A DNA stretch of 63,971 nucleotides, counting the filler, from Lenisia limosa (lineage: Eukaryota; Protista; Breviatea), in the NCBI GenBank assembly GCA_001655205.1. It is 7 parts of 7 records of this genome, joined end to end, with 100 filler letters (N's around TTAATTAATTAA, not from the genome) between each part and the next. Parts side by side here need not be neighbours in the genome. Positions count along the whole stretch, not along the records: positions 1 to 29,273 come from LPNZ01009984.1; 6 more parts are not named here. The stretch is one strand, 5' to 3'. Positions 1 to 15,000 of the stretch are shown piece after piece. Made by a program: the position numbers and the translations under genes. The notes beneath the pieces are model-generated. The model did not search any database, had not been told where the DNA came from, and worked only from the letters and a program-made list of their open reading frames with translations. Numbering within the stretch: position 1 is the first letter of the stretch; each line of letters opens with the position of its first letter.

Positions 1-56
1 AAATAAGATTCCTTGTTGTTAATACAGTGAAATAAGATACCTTGTTGACACAATAG

Positions 57-3000
57 ATTCATCACCCCACGCGCAACATCCGCGGCAGACGTTCTATGAA
101 CGACCGTCACACCAAGACCATTCGCCACCCCTACGGCCACACCAGGGAAATGTACAGCAGACTTCATCGCAACGCTCTGACTGCCCCCGAACTCGTGGGA
201 GGGGGAAGAAAAAAAACAAAAAACAATGATAACCTGTCAATTATTGCAGTTGTGATGATACTCAAATTGAACCCTTTCACTCACCTCCTTCACCGCCACA
301 AAGCATACATATTACACTTCTCCAGCCTGACGTTGAGGGTGTCCTTGCCTATGATGTCCCTGAGTCCACTCACCCCATGGTGTCCGCTATTGGAAGCTCC
401 TACAGCGCACAGGTATGGGATACTTTCTTTGTTATTATCCAACAAAGACTGAATTCTCGATAAATCCTTGATAAATATCGATATTTTTCACGCCATTTGG
501 AACCGAAAGTGAAGCTCTAGTAGTAGTAATTATTAATATTGTGTAATTTATACTAATGTGGTTAAGTCGATTCCTTAAATAAAGGGGGGCGATATTTGTA
601 CCCAGTCAACTGTAACCCCGCAGGCTATCTGTGTGTGGACCACCATTGACAGCCGTAAAGTCTTGCCCCGTGCCATTGCTTCCTACTACTCCATTCTGTT
701 GCCAGGATTCGAGTGGTCTGACCCCGTCACTATCTTGGAGACTGATGACGTCATCTCCAATCCCATCACTGGTATGGATGGTGTTTATGATATAGTAGTA
801 TGTTTGTATTGCTTTGAGGGGTGCTTTAATTAGTGCGATATTTTCTGGCCTATTCTTGACTCCCTCCCAGGTAAAATCCCCGAGTCCTACGTTGGTAGTG
901 CTATCCTAGGCTTCATGAGATTCCCCCACGAGGATCTCACCCTCAGGAACATGCCCGACCGGTGGGGGGTGGGGGGTCTTCTTTTTCCTTGAAATGAAAA
1001 CCAGATTTTCTTTGGCAACTCTGAACCCATTTTACTCCTTACATGTACATAACGATATCCAGCATGCACACCGCCAACTTCTGGTACCGCACCATTGATG
1101 GTGACACGGGTGAACTCGGCGAACCCACCCAGCTTACGAGCAACAGATACCTGGTGTACAAGCACACCTTCTCAAATGCCGGTGACAGAGTGAGGGTGGC
1201 TTCTGTTTGTGATTGGGTGAAGATTATCAAACTGTGTTATCACTTATTTTTACTGACTCTTCCAGCTCGACCTTGTGTACCTGGTGGACTACGACAAATC
1301 AATTGTCACCTTCCAGCAACGAGCACTCGTCCACCGCTACTGGGTGAGCCTTCCCGTGGTCACTCCATTTGCTTCTTTATTTTGTTCCGTATTCTGTCTG
1401 ACCCCATTCCAGATCCATGACAACAGCACCTGGTCCGAAGAACACTATCTCTACAAGGGCCGCTTCACTAACGACGATATTTCCGTGAGTTGACATGAAC
1501 TTTCAGTTTGTCCATTATACAGCGTGACTATTATTATAACATTTTCTGCTAAGTGTTGAGCTATTTAGTCTTATGGCAGGGTTGTTCCTTTAATTTACAT
1601 TTTCCCTCTCAGGTTACCACGCATAATGGCTACACTGTCATCACATACATTACCAACGATAATGCTGACACCGGCAACGTCGCAATGGTCATCATGGTCA
1701 ATATCCACACCAAGGAGGTGAGGGAAGGGGGGGGGGGGGNNNNNNNNNNNNNNNNNNNNNNNNNNNNNNNNNNNNNNNNNNNNNNNNNNNNNNNNNNNNN
1801 NNNNNNNNNNNNNNNNNNNNNNNNNNNNNNNNNNNNNNNNNNNNNNNNNNNNNNNNNNNNNGATGGTCGTCCATGGCCCTCTGCCTCCGCACCCCAGGTT
1901 TGTTATCTCGCATTTTATGAATTGTGGCGTTATGAAACAGTGCAGTTTTTGTTGGTTCCATTGTTGGTTCCATCACCCCTTCCTCCACAGTTCGAATACG
2001 AGATCGTACTGGACGGTGTGGCGCAGCGTACCCCTTCAGTTGCCCATAACGATAACGGCAAATTCATCATTGGATGGGTCGATCATGCTGAGCAGTACAG
2101 GTTTGCTTGAAGCTTTTCTTTGTTTGCACCATTTTTTTTTTTTTTTTTCTAGAGAGTGGTTTCTTGGTNNNNNNNNNNCTGCCCCTAGATGGAGGTGGTT
2201 CAGTCCCTCTGAGCCCGATAACGCCTATGTTAATCTCTTGGACATGGATGGCAAACCTGCTAACACGAGAATAACTCGTCTTGACGACTCTATTGTGCTT
2301 GTAGTCCAGGTATGACTGGGGGCTATTGTTTGGTTGTAATACATATCATATGTTTTTTCCCCCCCGTCATTATTTGGTTTCTTCCATCCAGTAACCACTT
2401 AGGCTATGGTTCTCAACTACGTCAACGAAGACCCTGAGAAGGAATACCGCAAGAACAGCAACATGCCTGATACAAAGGCTATCTATGGTAAGTAAGAATG
2501 CTGATTTGCAAAGTGTTGGCTCTTTGTTTTCCTCCTCTTTTCTATTCATAATAATATTATTGTCAGGTGAGGTACTTGAACAGATGGAGCACTACGACCA
2601 AGTAGCTACCTACGTTCTTGTTGACGGTGACATTGAGTTCCAAGTGGGAAGGGGGTCCCTTGATATGATAAAACAGAATAGCCTCTTCCTTCTCGAATCT
2701 CTTAATTGTGTTTACCTTACTCTATTCAGGTACCCCGCCTCTACTCTCGTCCCGGCATGTCCCAGGGCAACGCTGACTCCATTGAAGAGACCAGTCTTGG
2801 TTTGAGGATACATGCCGGTGCACTTTATCACTGTTTTTGAACGCCACTTACCTTTATTTGGCTGTTGCACAGTAACATCATGCAAAAAAAGAGAGCATCT
2901 CAAGCACCTTTTTTCTCACATCCACAGAAATCACATACAACCCAGCTGGTGGAGGACTTCTCTTCACCTCTGTCCAAACACAGGTGAGCTATGGATTAGT

Positions 3001-6000
3001 TATAGCTTGGCGTCCAACCATCTCTCGTTATATTCCAATATCTCTTTTAAGCGTGATGGTGTGGAAGGCTTCGGCGGCCAGATACAACCTTATTTGTTTA
3101 TTTCTCAAACCGTTATCACTACAATAAATACCTCCACCGTGACCTTCCCAGGTCAACTACGCCACCAGTGTCCGTGCGGACTCTACCATCAACTACGCCC
3201 AATCTTGCCTGGTTGCTGATCTGGCTGTCTCTATCCCCGAGTACGATGAAGTGACTGGCATCGTCAACGTCACTGTAGGGGGGGGGTCTGTTTTTTGTTG
3301 CTTGGTTTTTTTTTAAAAAAAAAATCCCCCGCATGGGATTCTTTAGTGTGGCTAGAAGTTGAGCTAACAACCCCCTCAGGTCACCAACATTGGCAGCTAC
3401 CAGACCTTCTCATCCGGTGATGTTAAAGTCTTCTACGGCAACTTCCTTGGCGCTGTAAACCACATTCTTGGCAGTTGCCATGTACCGGTTCTTCTCGCTG
3501 GAGAGAGCATTACCTGCATCGTATGAAGGGAACCAACAATTCTTGAGTGCTTTCTTTTTATTGGAACTTTTAAAGATTATTCCAATCTTGCATTACCCCT
3601 CCGCAGACTGACTACATGGAACCCACCGACCTCGAAAGCTACGGTTACCTTTGGGCCTATGCTGATATGGACGATATTGTCGCAGAGTGTGAGGAAACTA
3701 TCAACAACATGGCCTTCGCTATCCCAGCTGATTTCGTGATCAAGAACTCCTCTCTTTCTTCAGGTTGGCTGTGAATATATTCGCATTTGTGTCTTTCATT
3801 GTTGATTTTATTAACTTAATTCGCACTCAACTAAATACTAAAATACAATACCAAACAAGGCTGACTTACTCCAGGTGACGATGATGGCGATCCGGAGTTT
3901 GCCATTGGAGCCATTGTGGAAGTTGTCGGTCCTTTCCGCCAACATCCTATGGATACTTCGCTGGAGATTGTTGCTGTTGTCTATACCCGCGGTGGCAAAC
4001 GTCACATTGTTGAGCGCATGCCTATCAATCTGAGTGACGGTGAAGTCGAAGTGTCTCTGATGATTGACCCCAAGGACCTCATCTTCCCCCACGTGATGCT
4101 TGCAGTCATCGGTAACCACATTAGCCTTGATGAAGCGCTTCTTGAAAACGGACCGAACCTTATGGTGTCCATTCCGTTGCTTCCTGATATCAAGATTATC
4201 GAAGGTACAGTTGATAACAGTTACTGGCTTGATAGCGCTACCGTCATCTACGTTGATGTCCAAAACACGGGTGTAACGGCTGCCGTGTTCTCCGGTGAAG
4301 TATTTGCTACTGAGAACCCCCACTCCTTCGACATGGGACAGCAGATTGAATCGGACTTCATCTATATTCCTGGTCTCAGTACGCGTACCTTCTCCCTTCG
4401 CATCGAAGTGGTTAACAGTGACCCCACGTTCCCATTGACGTTTGTCTTCAACAGAGAGGAGGTCGTGAAGGAAGGCGGCTACGACGACAACACTCTGTCA
4501 TTCCTGGCTGAGCGCTACCCTACCGCCCTTCCTGAAGTTGACTTCTCCACAATCGCTTATGTTGAGCCCTCGACTGCTGCGGGGGCCAACTTCGACTCGC
4601 AGGTCACGTTCGACGTTACCAACAACGGCGAGGTTGATATTCTTGCTGGCAGATGGGAGGCTCGCCTCTATTCCGGCCAACCCGGCTCATCATCTACCTT
4701 GCTCCTTGCTCGTCAAGATCTTCCTGAGATCCTTCAGGATGAGACCGAAACAATTCGCCTAGACATTATTCAAGGCGAAGTTCTCGACTATTGTCGCCGT
4801 CTTCCTATTTACCTTGCTATGGTTCCCCTGGAATTTGATAACGAACCGCTCGAGGACGTTGCTGAGTTCATTCTGATGCAGCTCAAACTCCAGGAAGCCA
4901 AGACCGGTATGATCACCGTCATGCCTGAGGCTGATTTACTTGGTTCTGAGAAGTGTGGTGATTCTGGTAGGCAGGATTTGTGTTAAGTCTGAATACTTGG
5001 TAGCTTTATTTTTATACAGATAATTGACCTATTTTCCTTGGGGAAATATGAAATCGGTTAAGGCTTATCACAATGTATTCCATTTCTTCACCCATCACCT
5101 TTTAGAAATCAACTTGCCACCAACTATGGAACCCCGTGTCCGTTACCTTGTCGATGAGGATGGCGAGGTTGTCATTACACCCGAGGTTGAGGACGTCGAT
5201 TCTCCTAAGGTACGCTTTCAACTTTCATCCACCATCTTTCTGACTATAAGTTACTAATTCCTTTAGGAGGCGATTACCTGTCACGTAGTTTCTATCACTG
5301 CCGCTGCCATTGGCCAGGTTTGTATATTCGGATCCTGAATTGGGAATGTAACAATGGAAACAAGAATGAGATTAGACTCTTACCTTTGGAAGGACTTGAT
5401 CTTACGATTCAGGTCTTCGATGCCCCTGTCAATGGAACAGAAACTGCCATTATGGCTGTGGACCTTCCCTTTGCCCTCACTGAGTGCCGTGTCATCTATC
5501 GCCCTGACCACGTTGGTGCTGGAGATACTAAGTTTCTAATAAATATTGTAAAGGCTAATGATATTGCTTTGAGTGCCATAAACCTCTTTTTCTTCTTATT
5601 TAAATTCATAACTTGTCAGGACATGCACCACAGACGTATTGACGTCTACCAAGATCGTGACATAATCGAGTTCGTAGCCGACGACAGGTTGGTCTTAGAA
5701 TGACAAGATATTTATATTTCCACTCACGTTAGCTCAATTACTCACCACCCTCCAGCGTGAGCTCTTCAGTTGAGTCTGGTTTAGCCGAGGTTATCATCTC
5801 TGCTGAGTACGATGACATCTACCTGAACTGCAATGACACCGTTTTCGAAGGTTAGATCGCTTACGTTGTTGTCGTGATGTGCTTGAATTTCTTTAACATG
5901 CACCAGTTACCGAAGATATTGATGAGCGTTTGGACTGTGTTTTCGTTGACCCTGACGGCATGGATGAGGAGGCTACCGACTACTCCTACACACTCACTGT

Positions 6001-9000
6001 CAAGTCAAGACATGGTACCGTCTGGGACTTCTCTGGTAAGAGGAGTGGATCAAATTTTAAGAAATCAATGAAGGATTCACTTTTAGGGCTTGGTGATAAG
6101 GGTTTTATTTTTGTAGCCCTTCCTGGTGTTGTCGGTGTTGCTCTTCCTCGTATTCCTTTCACATTCCCTAAATGGGAGGGAAATCATGATACTAACAACA
6201 ACGCTGCCAATTTCTACAACAACGGATGGACTGTGGGGGGGGGGGGTTNNNNNNNNNNNNNNNNNNNNNNNNNNNNNNNNNNNNNNNNNNNNNNNNNNNN
6301 NNNNNNNNNNNNNNNNNNNNNNNNNNNNNNNNNNNNNNNNNNNNNNNNCATTATCAACAAAAGCTACAGTGATAAACATTATCAACAAAGAGGTTTAGAG
6401 CATCTCATTTACACCCTTTTTCTGACCATCAAGATGCTCTCCTACCTCAAATTCGAGCAATTCCTTGAGTACGTTACATACCGCCCTGACCCCAACTACA
6501 ACAATGAATATGCTAAGGAACAGCTTGACGTCTGCATTACTCGCACCAACGGCAAGGTCAAATCTAAGCAATGCTCCTCATCGTGGGGGGGGGGGGTTCT
6601 CGATAAAACCTCGATAAANNNNNNNNNNNNNNNNNNNNNNNNNNNNNNNNNNNNNNNNNNNNNNNNNNNNNNNNNNNNNNNNNNNNNNNNNNNNNNNNNN
6701 NNNNNNNNNNNNNNNNNNNNNNNNNNNNNNNNNNNNNNNNNNNNNNNNNNNNNNNNNNNNNNNNNNNNNNNNNNNNNNNNNNNNNNNNNNNNNNNNNNNN
6801 NAATGATAAGCCCGTTATCAGCGCCTCGCTTCCTTATAGATACACCCCTGAAGATAAGTGGATCATCTTGGACGATCTGAAGGTTTGCTTCCTTGTATCA
6901 ATTGTATATTTTCTTTCACAACAATACCACCATGTTCTGACACCCTCCCAGGTCATTGACCTAGATATTGCTGAGCAAAATACGGACATGCGTTTCGAAG
7001 TCACCGCCAAGCATGGTATTTTCGACCTCAACGACGCTTCCCTCGGCTGCGGTGTAGAAATCACCGACTGGGGTATGTACGACAACCGTACCGACTTCCC
7101 TGGCCATCACATCTTTGAATATGACTGGTCACACACCGCCTACCATGCTAAGAGTTACAAGAGTATCGGGCTACATACCTTCGGATTCGTTGGATCCTAC
7201 GAAGGCTGCCAGTGTGCCATTGCTAACCTTCGTTACATGTCAGATATTCACTACACTTCCTTCTATGACGGCCCCGATCAAATTGTGCTGACTGCCTTTG
7301 ATTTCGGCGGCTCAGGCATTGGCGGTGAGCAGAGTGGAACGCTCACTCTTGAAATCGAGGTTACCCCTGTTAACGACAACTTAACGCTCTGGGTCCCTCC
7401 TGTGTGGCACACCATCGAAGACACCTACCGTCGTATTCCTCTAATTGATCTTGAGGACCCCGATTGTGACGAGACCTACTTCCTTGGGGACTACTACACC
7501 GCTACCTTCGCCACGAACATTGGCTTCTTAACTCTTCCCGCTGAGTGGGCCAATAAGACTGAGAGTATTTCCGGTTCCCGCGAACCTACTCTTGTATTTA
7601 CTGCTGACTTCTTCACCATGGTCAACGCATTGAGAAACGTAAGTGCTCTGTTCAAAGTGAACCTTCTTTTTATTACCCCCCCCCCTCTTTTTTTTTACTA
7701 ATTTCCCAGGTCCGCTACCAGCCCTACGAAGACTACGCGAGTAATACCCACGAAGAACAGGTCCAGATCCAAGTCAACGTTACCGATAACGGAGGACACG
7801 GCCACGGCTTCCCCTTCTGGGCGTCCAAGAACATCACTGTCATTGTCCACGAGGCCAACGACGCTGCCGAGATATACGGCCCCGTCAACGTCACCGCTCC
7901 TCTCAATGACGTAGCTTATTTCGATATGGACATGTACGATATTGATCTTAATGAAACTACCATTTATTCCATGACTGCTACTGCACTTCATGGTCACATT
8001 CTGCCTTCTCTCGCCACCCCTGAGGGCGTAGTGAAACGTCTTGGTCATGCCATCCGCATGTCCGGAACTTTCAACGAAACTCGTGACATCTTCATGAAGG
8101 GTATGCGATACCAGGCCGACCCAGGATACTGCAACCAAGGTGAACTCACACAACCTGAGGAGATCATCACTGTTACTGTGAATGATGGACGAACTGATCG
8201 ATTCAATGGCCCTCTTGCCGGACGCTATCAATTCCCTGTTTCAGTTCCTTGTAATTACAAGAACCCGCGTGTCCTTGTTCGTGACTTCCACATCTCTGAG
8301 GGCGGTACTTCCGTCGTTCGTGTTGCCGCATTTGACCCTCTCTTTGCCTACCTCACCGTTAAATTTGAATCAACTAACGGTACCTTCGTTCCTGCTGAAG
8401 GCTTCGACAGCGCGAGCATGGTCATTACCGGCGGCCCTGCGAATATGGTTGAGCTCCGTGTCAGAACACTCTCAATGAAAACTCCGCAACCCCTGGTAGT
8501 CTTTACACCTGATGCCGGAACCAATCATCTTGATGACACGTCTAGTATCCTCGTCACCGTCTCCAATGATGCGAATCTGACAGTCTCCCGCGAGGTCGCT
8601 CTCACCATTGCTGAGGTTGATGATGCTATGCTTCTGACCCCGACTGAGACTGCCTCTTTCCCTGAAGATGAATACCTCCCCGTTCTCTCCCTGTTCGACC
8701 TGTCCAACTACGATGACAAGCCGAATCAGGTCATGAATGAGCGTCTGTTTATCGAAATGTTCCTTTCCGAAGGTTTTTTCAAGATCACTTCCCCTCTGCC
8801 CTACGTCACCTTTGACCCAATTTCGTCTCTGATTAGAGTCGAAGGAACAATGGCTGAAATCCAGGCAGCTTTCACCGAGCTCTCTGTCAAGCAAATTATG
8901 GGTTACCACGGAGAATTCACCATTTCAGCCCGTGCCGGACGCATGGATTATGAAGCAGAGAAAACGGTTGCCCGCACCGTGGTTATCGACTCCATTGTTG

Positions 9001-12000
9001 GCGTGAACGCCTACGTCAACTTCGCTCGTGAGCTCCCGACAGTTCCTCGCGGTGGATACATTGGGCTCCCTACAATGTCGGTGGTCAACCCCGATCTTGT
9101 CACCCCTGATTCGATCATTGATCTCAACATTGCACCCAAGTACAGTAGCGTCAAACTCAGCACCGGTCTAATTGTCGCCGAGGCTCTTCAAGTCTCCACT
9201 TCTCAGGACACTGCCATTCACTTTGGTGGTCCCCACGCCTTGACTGCGGTGGGAACAGACATGACGCTCTACGTCTCCAAGCCTGGAGAACTCCATGACT
9301 CCATCACCCTTATCGAGGTCAAGAAGTCCGTCATCGAATCAATTGAAATTGGAGTTTGTTCACGCGCGTGGCTTCGCGTTCGCGCTACAACCATCCTCGA
9401 TAATACCCCGGCTGTCCCAGCCATTAACCTCCATCTTCTCAATGGAGGACAGCAGTGGAACGAGACGTATGCCTCTAAACTGTGCCCCAACCTTGGATGC
9501 ACCAAGTCCTGGGAGCTTGACCCTAGTAAAGACGCTACCCTCTTTAACTCCGAAGTTCCCATTGCCACCAGCGAGCCTCTTGCTGCCAATGAGCCTTATC
9601 CTTGGATTGAGTTCGACATTACCAATGCCCTCCAGGACCTTCCCGACACCCCCTACTTGTCGGCCACATTTGCCCTCCTTGCAGCTAACAACACCGATAG
9701 CCCCATCCAGCTCGAGCATCACAACACCCTGTCGCCTCCCTACGTCCATCTTGTCTGTCCTGGCCCGGATAGCTCCTCGACTCGTCTCACCGGCTCCGCT
9801 GCCGGTGTGCGCTCTGTCCTCGACTCTGTTGAGCTTCACATGAACGACTTGCCGTACTACAACGGCATGGAGGAGGAGGAAGTCATCGTCAACATCGTCA
9901 ACGCTGAGCTCTCACCAAGCCAGATGTTCATCCTGCCTGTTGCTCTTCCTGCTGACACTGATGCTCTGATTGACGGTCCCGAATCGGTGGTTTCTGGAAC
10001 CGAAGTCACCCTCACTGTTTCAGGCTCTAACATTCCCGCCGGTATGATTATTATGGTGAACTACCCTGACGGCTCGCAACACAACCACACCACCACCCCA
10101 GTCGCCATGACGCCTGAGCTGGTTGGAATGTACATTGTCCAAGGCTTCGACGGTGACCTTGCCGTGCCCCTCGCTTTCTCGTTCAGAGCCACTGTCGGCC
10201 CTCTCGACCCCTCGAGGTTCACCTTGAGGTCCATGCAGACTAACGCCCTCGACAGTTCAGTCACGATCTACGCTGAGACCTTCCAAGATACCTTCGGAAA
10301 CCGCAGAACACCCCCGGTCATCGATGACGTCATCATTCAGAGTTCTCTCGGTGAAGCCCTTTACTTTAAGCGTGGCAAGACGCGCAGCTACAAGATTCAG
10401 GCCAATGAGGAAGCGTTTGACTATCTCGAATGGTCAACCACCGTCAGAGAACTCGGCACGCACACTGTCAACGTCACTATTGGCGGCGTGTCCGTGTTCA
10501 CCTCCTTCGAGGTTGTTCCCCTTCCGGCCGAGGCTTCAACATGCCAAGCTGTGATTTCTTGTGGTGGCGACGGGCAAGACGCTTGTGTTGCTGGAGACTT
10601 CATGAGCATGGAGTTGATTATGACCGATAAGTATGGTAACGCCCTTCCTGTTCAGCCCAACACCATGCTGAGAACACAGGTTGACGCTCGTCTCGCTCGC
10701 GGCAAGGTTCCATTCAGAATCACGTCCATTGACGGCAACCAAACGTCCAGCATTGACATCCTCATGGCCTCAAGCGCCTATCACAACATCGACCTTATCC
10801 CATCACTGTTCAGTGTCCCCCTCCAAAGATGGATCGACATCAACTCCTGTACCTTCAGAGAGGTCCAAGTTACTGGCCTCGCCTGTTATGAAGACACGAC
10901 ATTTTTCCAGAGGATGTCGGATCTTAAGATCCAGGCGACTTTGGATTACGCTGATGTCCAAGTCTGTGGAACTGACTACTACGGTAACATGTGCCAGTTT
11001 GCTGGAGACATGACGGGCAGTCAGATTGAGCCTCTTAGCCAGCCTGACTCCCTGACTCTTCTAGGTGCTCCCCCCGTCACAGTCGCCTCAACCCAGACTG
11101 CATACGCCCCCTCGAAGAACCGCTGTCAACTCATCAGCGCTATGTCCAATGTTCCGGGCACTTTCGACTGGAAAATTGTTGTGGACGGCTCACAATGGGA
11201 CCATGCAATCACCACCACCGTGTTCACCAGTGCCCCTGCCGGACCTCTCACGACGGTCTCAGGACCGCCGCTTGACGAGCCTCAATGGGAAGATGCTCTT
11301 TCTTGGCTCTTCGTGGAGGCTGTCGACATCAACGGATATCCCCACATGGAAGGTGGCGCGGAGATGGTCATTCATTCCTGGGACACCTGTGCCGATGTCA
11401 TTGACAACAATGACGGTACGTACATTGTCTTCCCCCTTATGGCCAATACTGAATTGAATCGCACGTCCGACTCTGTTTTGCTGTCGTCAGCCAGGGGAAC
11501 AAAGACCGAAATCACGTCCTTCACCCTCCAGCACAAGTTCAAGCCCTTCTATGGTCTCAATGAAGAAGATATCTTCCAATGTGACATCTACGTCCCTAAG
11601 GACGGCTACAACGGCATTGCGCACCGCTACTACTCCGCCCCCGTTGGCGAAGAGCTGATCTACGTCTTCATTCCATCTGATCCTATGGACTATCCTCAGA
11701 CTGACTGGGTTGGCCCCTCATCTTCAATGCGCATTTCCCTTGAAATGGAAGACACTGGCGAGTTCACAGTTGGTACCACGAAGGACCATGTGAAGGGGTA
11801 CTGCGGATGCGGCGTACCTGAGGTTGATACTGACGGTGACGGCGTCCCCGATTGTGCCGATGATTGCCCTTACGATTCTCTCAAGATTGAGGCCGGCAGC
11901 AGAGGCTGTGGCTTCTTCGATCTGGACTCTAAGGGCTCAGGCATCTACGACTGTAACGATTACGGTACTGGCGAGTGCCAGACAGGCCCTCTTGTGTTGC

Positions 12001-15000
12001 CTGACTATAACAGTGACATCTGCCGTATTTTCGCTGAGTACATCGTAGTCCCCACCAAGCTCGGAACCGGAATTGTCAAACTCCACGACACCGCTGACAA
12101 CATGATGGAGCTCGACTCTAACTCCTTCAAGATTGAGCTCTACGAAGGACTTCCTTCACCCGGTGGAATCAAATACCCCTACGACTCTCTTCCCGCCTTC
12201 GAGCTCTTCAACGAGGTCTCAGGCTACATTGAGATGAGAGATCTCTTCGGAAACCCTTACAACGTTGACTTCCTCCCCGCTGGCACTGACCCTCTGAGTG
12301 TGTACGCTGAGTTCACAAGTGGCGATATCGTGCATGGTAGTATCTACCCTATCCCGGACACCTTCTACTACAAATGGAGCTTCTACGGTCTTCGTTCAGG
12401 CGACGTTGACGTGTACGTTAAGTACGGCTTCCTCATTGTCGGCACCGGAAAGCCCTACGTCATCCATGTCCAGAACGAGCCTGCCATTCCCCAGGCCCAC
12501 GCCAGAATCGACCTGGTCTCCGAGCCAATCGTTGAAATCACCCTCTCCGCAATCGATTCTGAGCCCCAACCATTGTCGCCCGTCATTGTGTCCCTCCCCC
12601 AGTCTGCAACGATTATCGATATCGCTGCTAACTTCACCATTACTGAGGCGGACCTCCCGTACTACGCGAACCAGACCTGGGACTTCCAGATGATTGCTGC
12701 TGACGCGTCGTGTGGTGAAGAAGTGTTCTACTGGGCTGCGTATGATGGCGTCGACGTATCCGAGCCAATTGCCATCTATCTCGATTCGCCTTCCTTCAAC
12801 AGGGCCTTCGGTAGTGCCAACTTGACCCGTGACCTAGACTGTCGCGGCTTCCAAATGGCGACTACGGAACTGGTCGCTGACTTCACTCTCAACGGCAACG
12901 GCCACCACGTTTACCTCGACTCCAACGATCCGCTGTGGCGTGACGCCGACAACTACGCTCTCACCGTCAACAACATTAACATTGATGCTGAAATGAAGTG
13001 TGACGGTTCCCTTTACTGTACCCCCATCCTCGGTGTGACCAGCAAGCTCGGCTCACTGACCGTCAACAACTCCACCATCAATTCAGTCATCAACCCAGTC
13101 CGGCTTCCTTCCGTTGCCCTTGTATCTGGTGTTGCTGCTAAGGTCCTAGGATCCATATCCATTGCCAACTCCTCAGTGACTGTGGAGTGCGACGCTATGT
13201 ACATCGGCTGTGCCGGTGTTGTCATGGAGCTGCGCGGTGCCAATGTTAACATTGAGGGCCTTTCTGTTGACTTCAATATGACAACCGGACTTGGTGGTGC
13301 TGGCTTCGCATACATGATCAAGACTGCAACCATGAATGTTTATGACCTGTCTGTACGGGCCACATTCAGTGAGAATGTTCTCAATTCAGCCTATGCGGGA
13401 GTTGTTGCAACGGCCGACAAACTGACCTTCAATGGTGATCATTTGTCCATCAACGCGACGTCTCCTAAGTCTCTTTCCTGTTGGGAGGGCTTATTTGCTT
13501 TCCTTATCATTATGCTATTATAAAATTGTCTCATATACTAGGTCCATATGCATAACGTATCTTTCCTCATCCCTTTCAGTTGCCGGTATCCTTGGCCGAG
13601 GCACTACATCTGCCGCTATCACGATTAACGACTTGGAGACCATCATCAACTGCAACGTGCATTTGGACTTCAGATCCCGTGGTTGTGCTGCGATTGCGGC
13701 TGAGATTGTCGGAGAAACCTCCTCTGTTGCTGTATGAGGGGAATAGATTTTATTAAATACTGTTGTTGTTGTTACCAATATCTCACCCTTCAGGTCAGTA
13801 ACAGTCGTCTCGAGATCCACTCAACCCAAGCCGACGACATCCAGGCCTATTCATCAGGAATCTGCTCGGTGTGCGAACTCAACAGTCTGTCCGTCTTCCA
13901 CACCGCCGTGCATATCTTTGCCGACACAGCGGAAGGTCTTGCTGGCGGCCTCGGTGGCAAGGTCAGCCTCTTCGGCGTCGCCACAATCGACCAGTCATCT
14001 TTCGAGGGTACCATTATTGGTAGGGGGGTCTGTTGATAATTATCGCTATGATGCTTCGCTATGATGCTACGGATTTTTTCTGCATTGTAAGTATTCCCTT
14101 TTCACCCCCCCCCCCNNNNNNNNNNNNNNNNNNNNNNNNNNNNNNNNNNNNNNNNNNNNNNNNNNNNNNNNNNNNNNNNNNNNNNNNNNNNNNNNNNNNN
14201 NNNNNNNNNNNNNNNNNNNNNNNNNNNNNNNNNNNNNNNNNNNNNNNNNNNNNNNNNNNNNNNNNNNNNNNNNNNNNNNNNNNNNNNNNNNNNNCTTTTG
14301 GCCTTTCTATAACATTATCTTTGTTTATACTTCTTCTGACTCTTTAGTATTTTCTCAGTTGAGAATGCTCTCTGTAGCTTCATTACTACCAAGTCCATTG
14401 TGTACCCCAGTACTCATGTCATCTCTCCCGACAACAATTGTGGGTCTATGCTGCCTTCTTTGCCTTCAACATTTTCCTCTCCCACGCACTGGTTCTTGTT
14501 TTTACTCTCCAGCCGCCTTCAGCGGAGACTTGGTTGCCATCGACGTTGAAACTGCCACTCTCGGCAACGTCACTGCTGAATTCAATGTCACTACTGTGGG
14601 GAGAGGGGGGGGGGGTATTAAATANNNNNNNNNNNNNNNNNNNNNNNNNNNNNNNNNNNNNNNNNNNNNNNNNNNNNNNNNNNNNNNNNNNNNNNNNNNN
14701 NNNNNNNNNNNNNNNNNNNNNNNNNNNNACTTGGTTTTGTTTTATTTGTTCAAACCTTTACCGAACACATTTCACACACCCCAGTATTCGGCCCTCGACC
14801 TTCGTCGTCGTCTGAGGTCATACTCCTACCCCATGACCGGTGTGACGCCTATTGAATGGGAACTGACTGAGGACGCTCTTCGTCTCGTCATCTTCTCACC
14901 CACTCGCTACATTGTGTTCCACCCTATCGACTGTGTGGACCTTGTCCGTCCCTATGAGGGTCGCGTTGTTTTCACTGACGACATCGACTGCGCCTCATGT

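Noticed and set aside
5930-6880. ORFs running through N stretches (e.g. 5930..6880, 20023..20790, 60619..61287)
   Set aside because: X codons hide stops and introns; they are not real continuous ORFs.
3215-13479. Bacterial contaminant contig explaining the prokaryote-like domains
   Set aside because: The domains are interrupted by canonical spliceosomal introns and share the host MITE family and codon usage.
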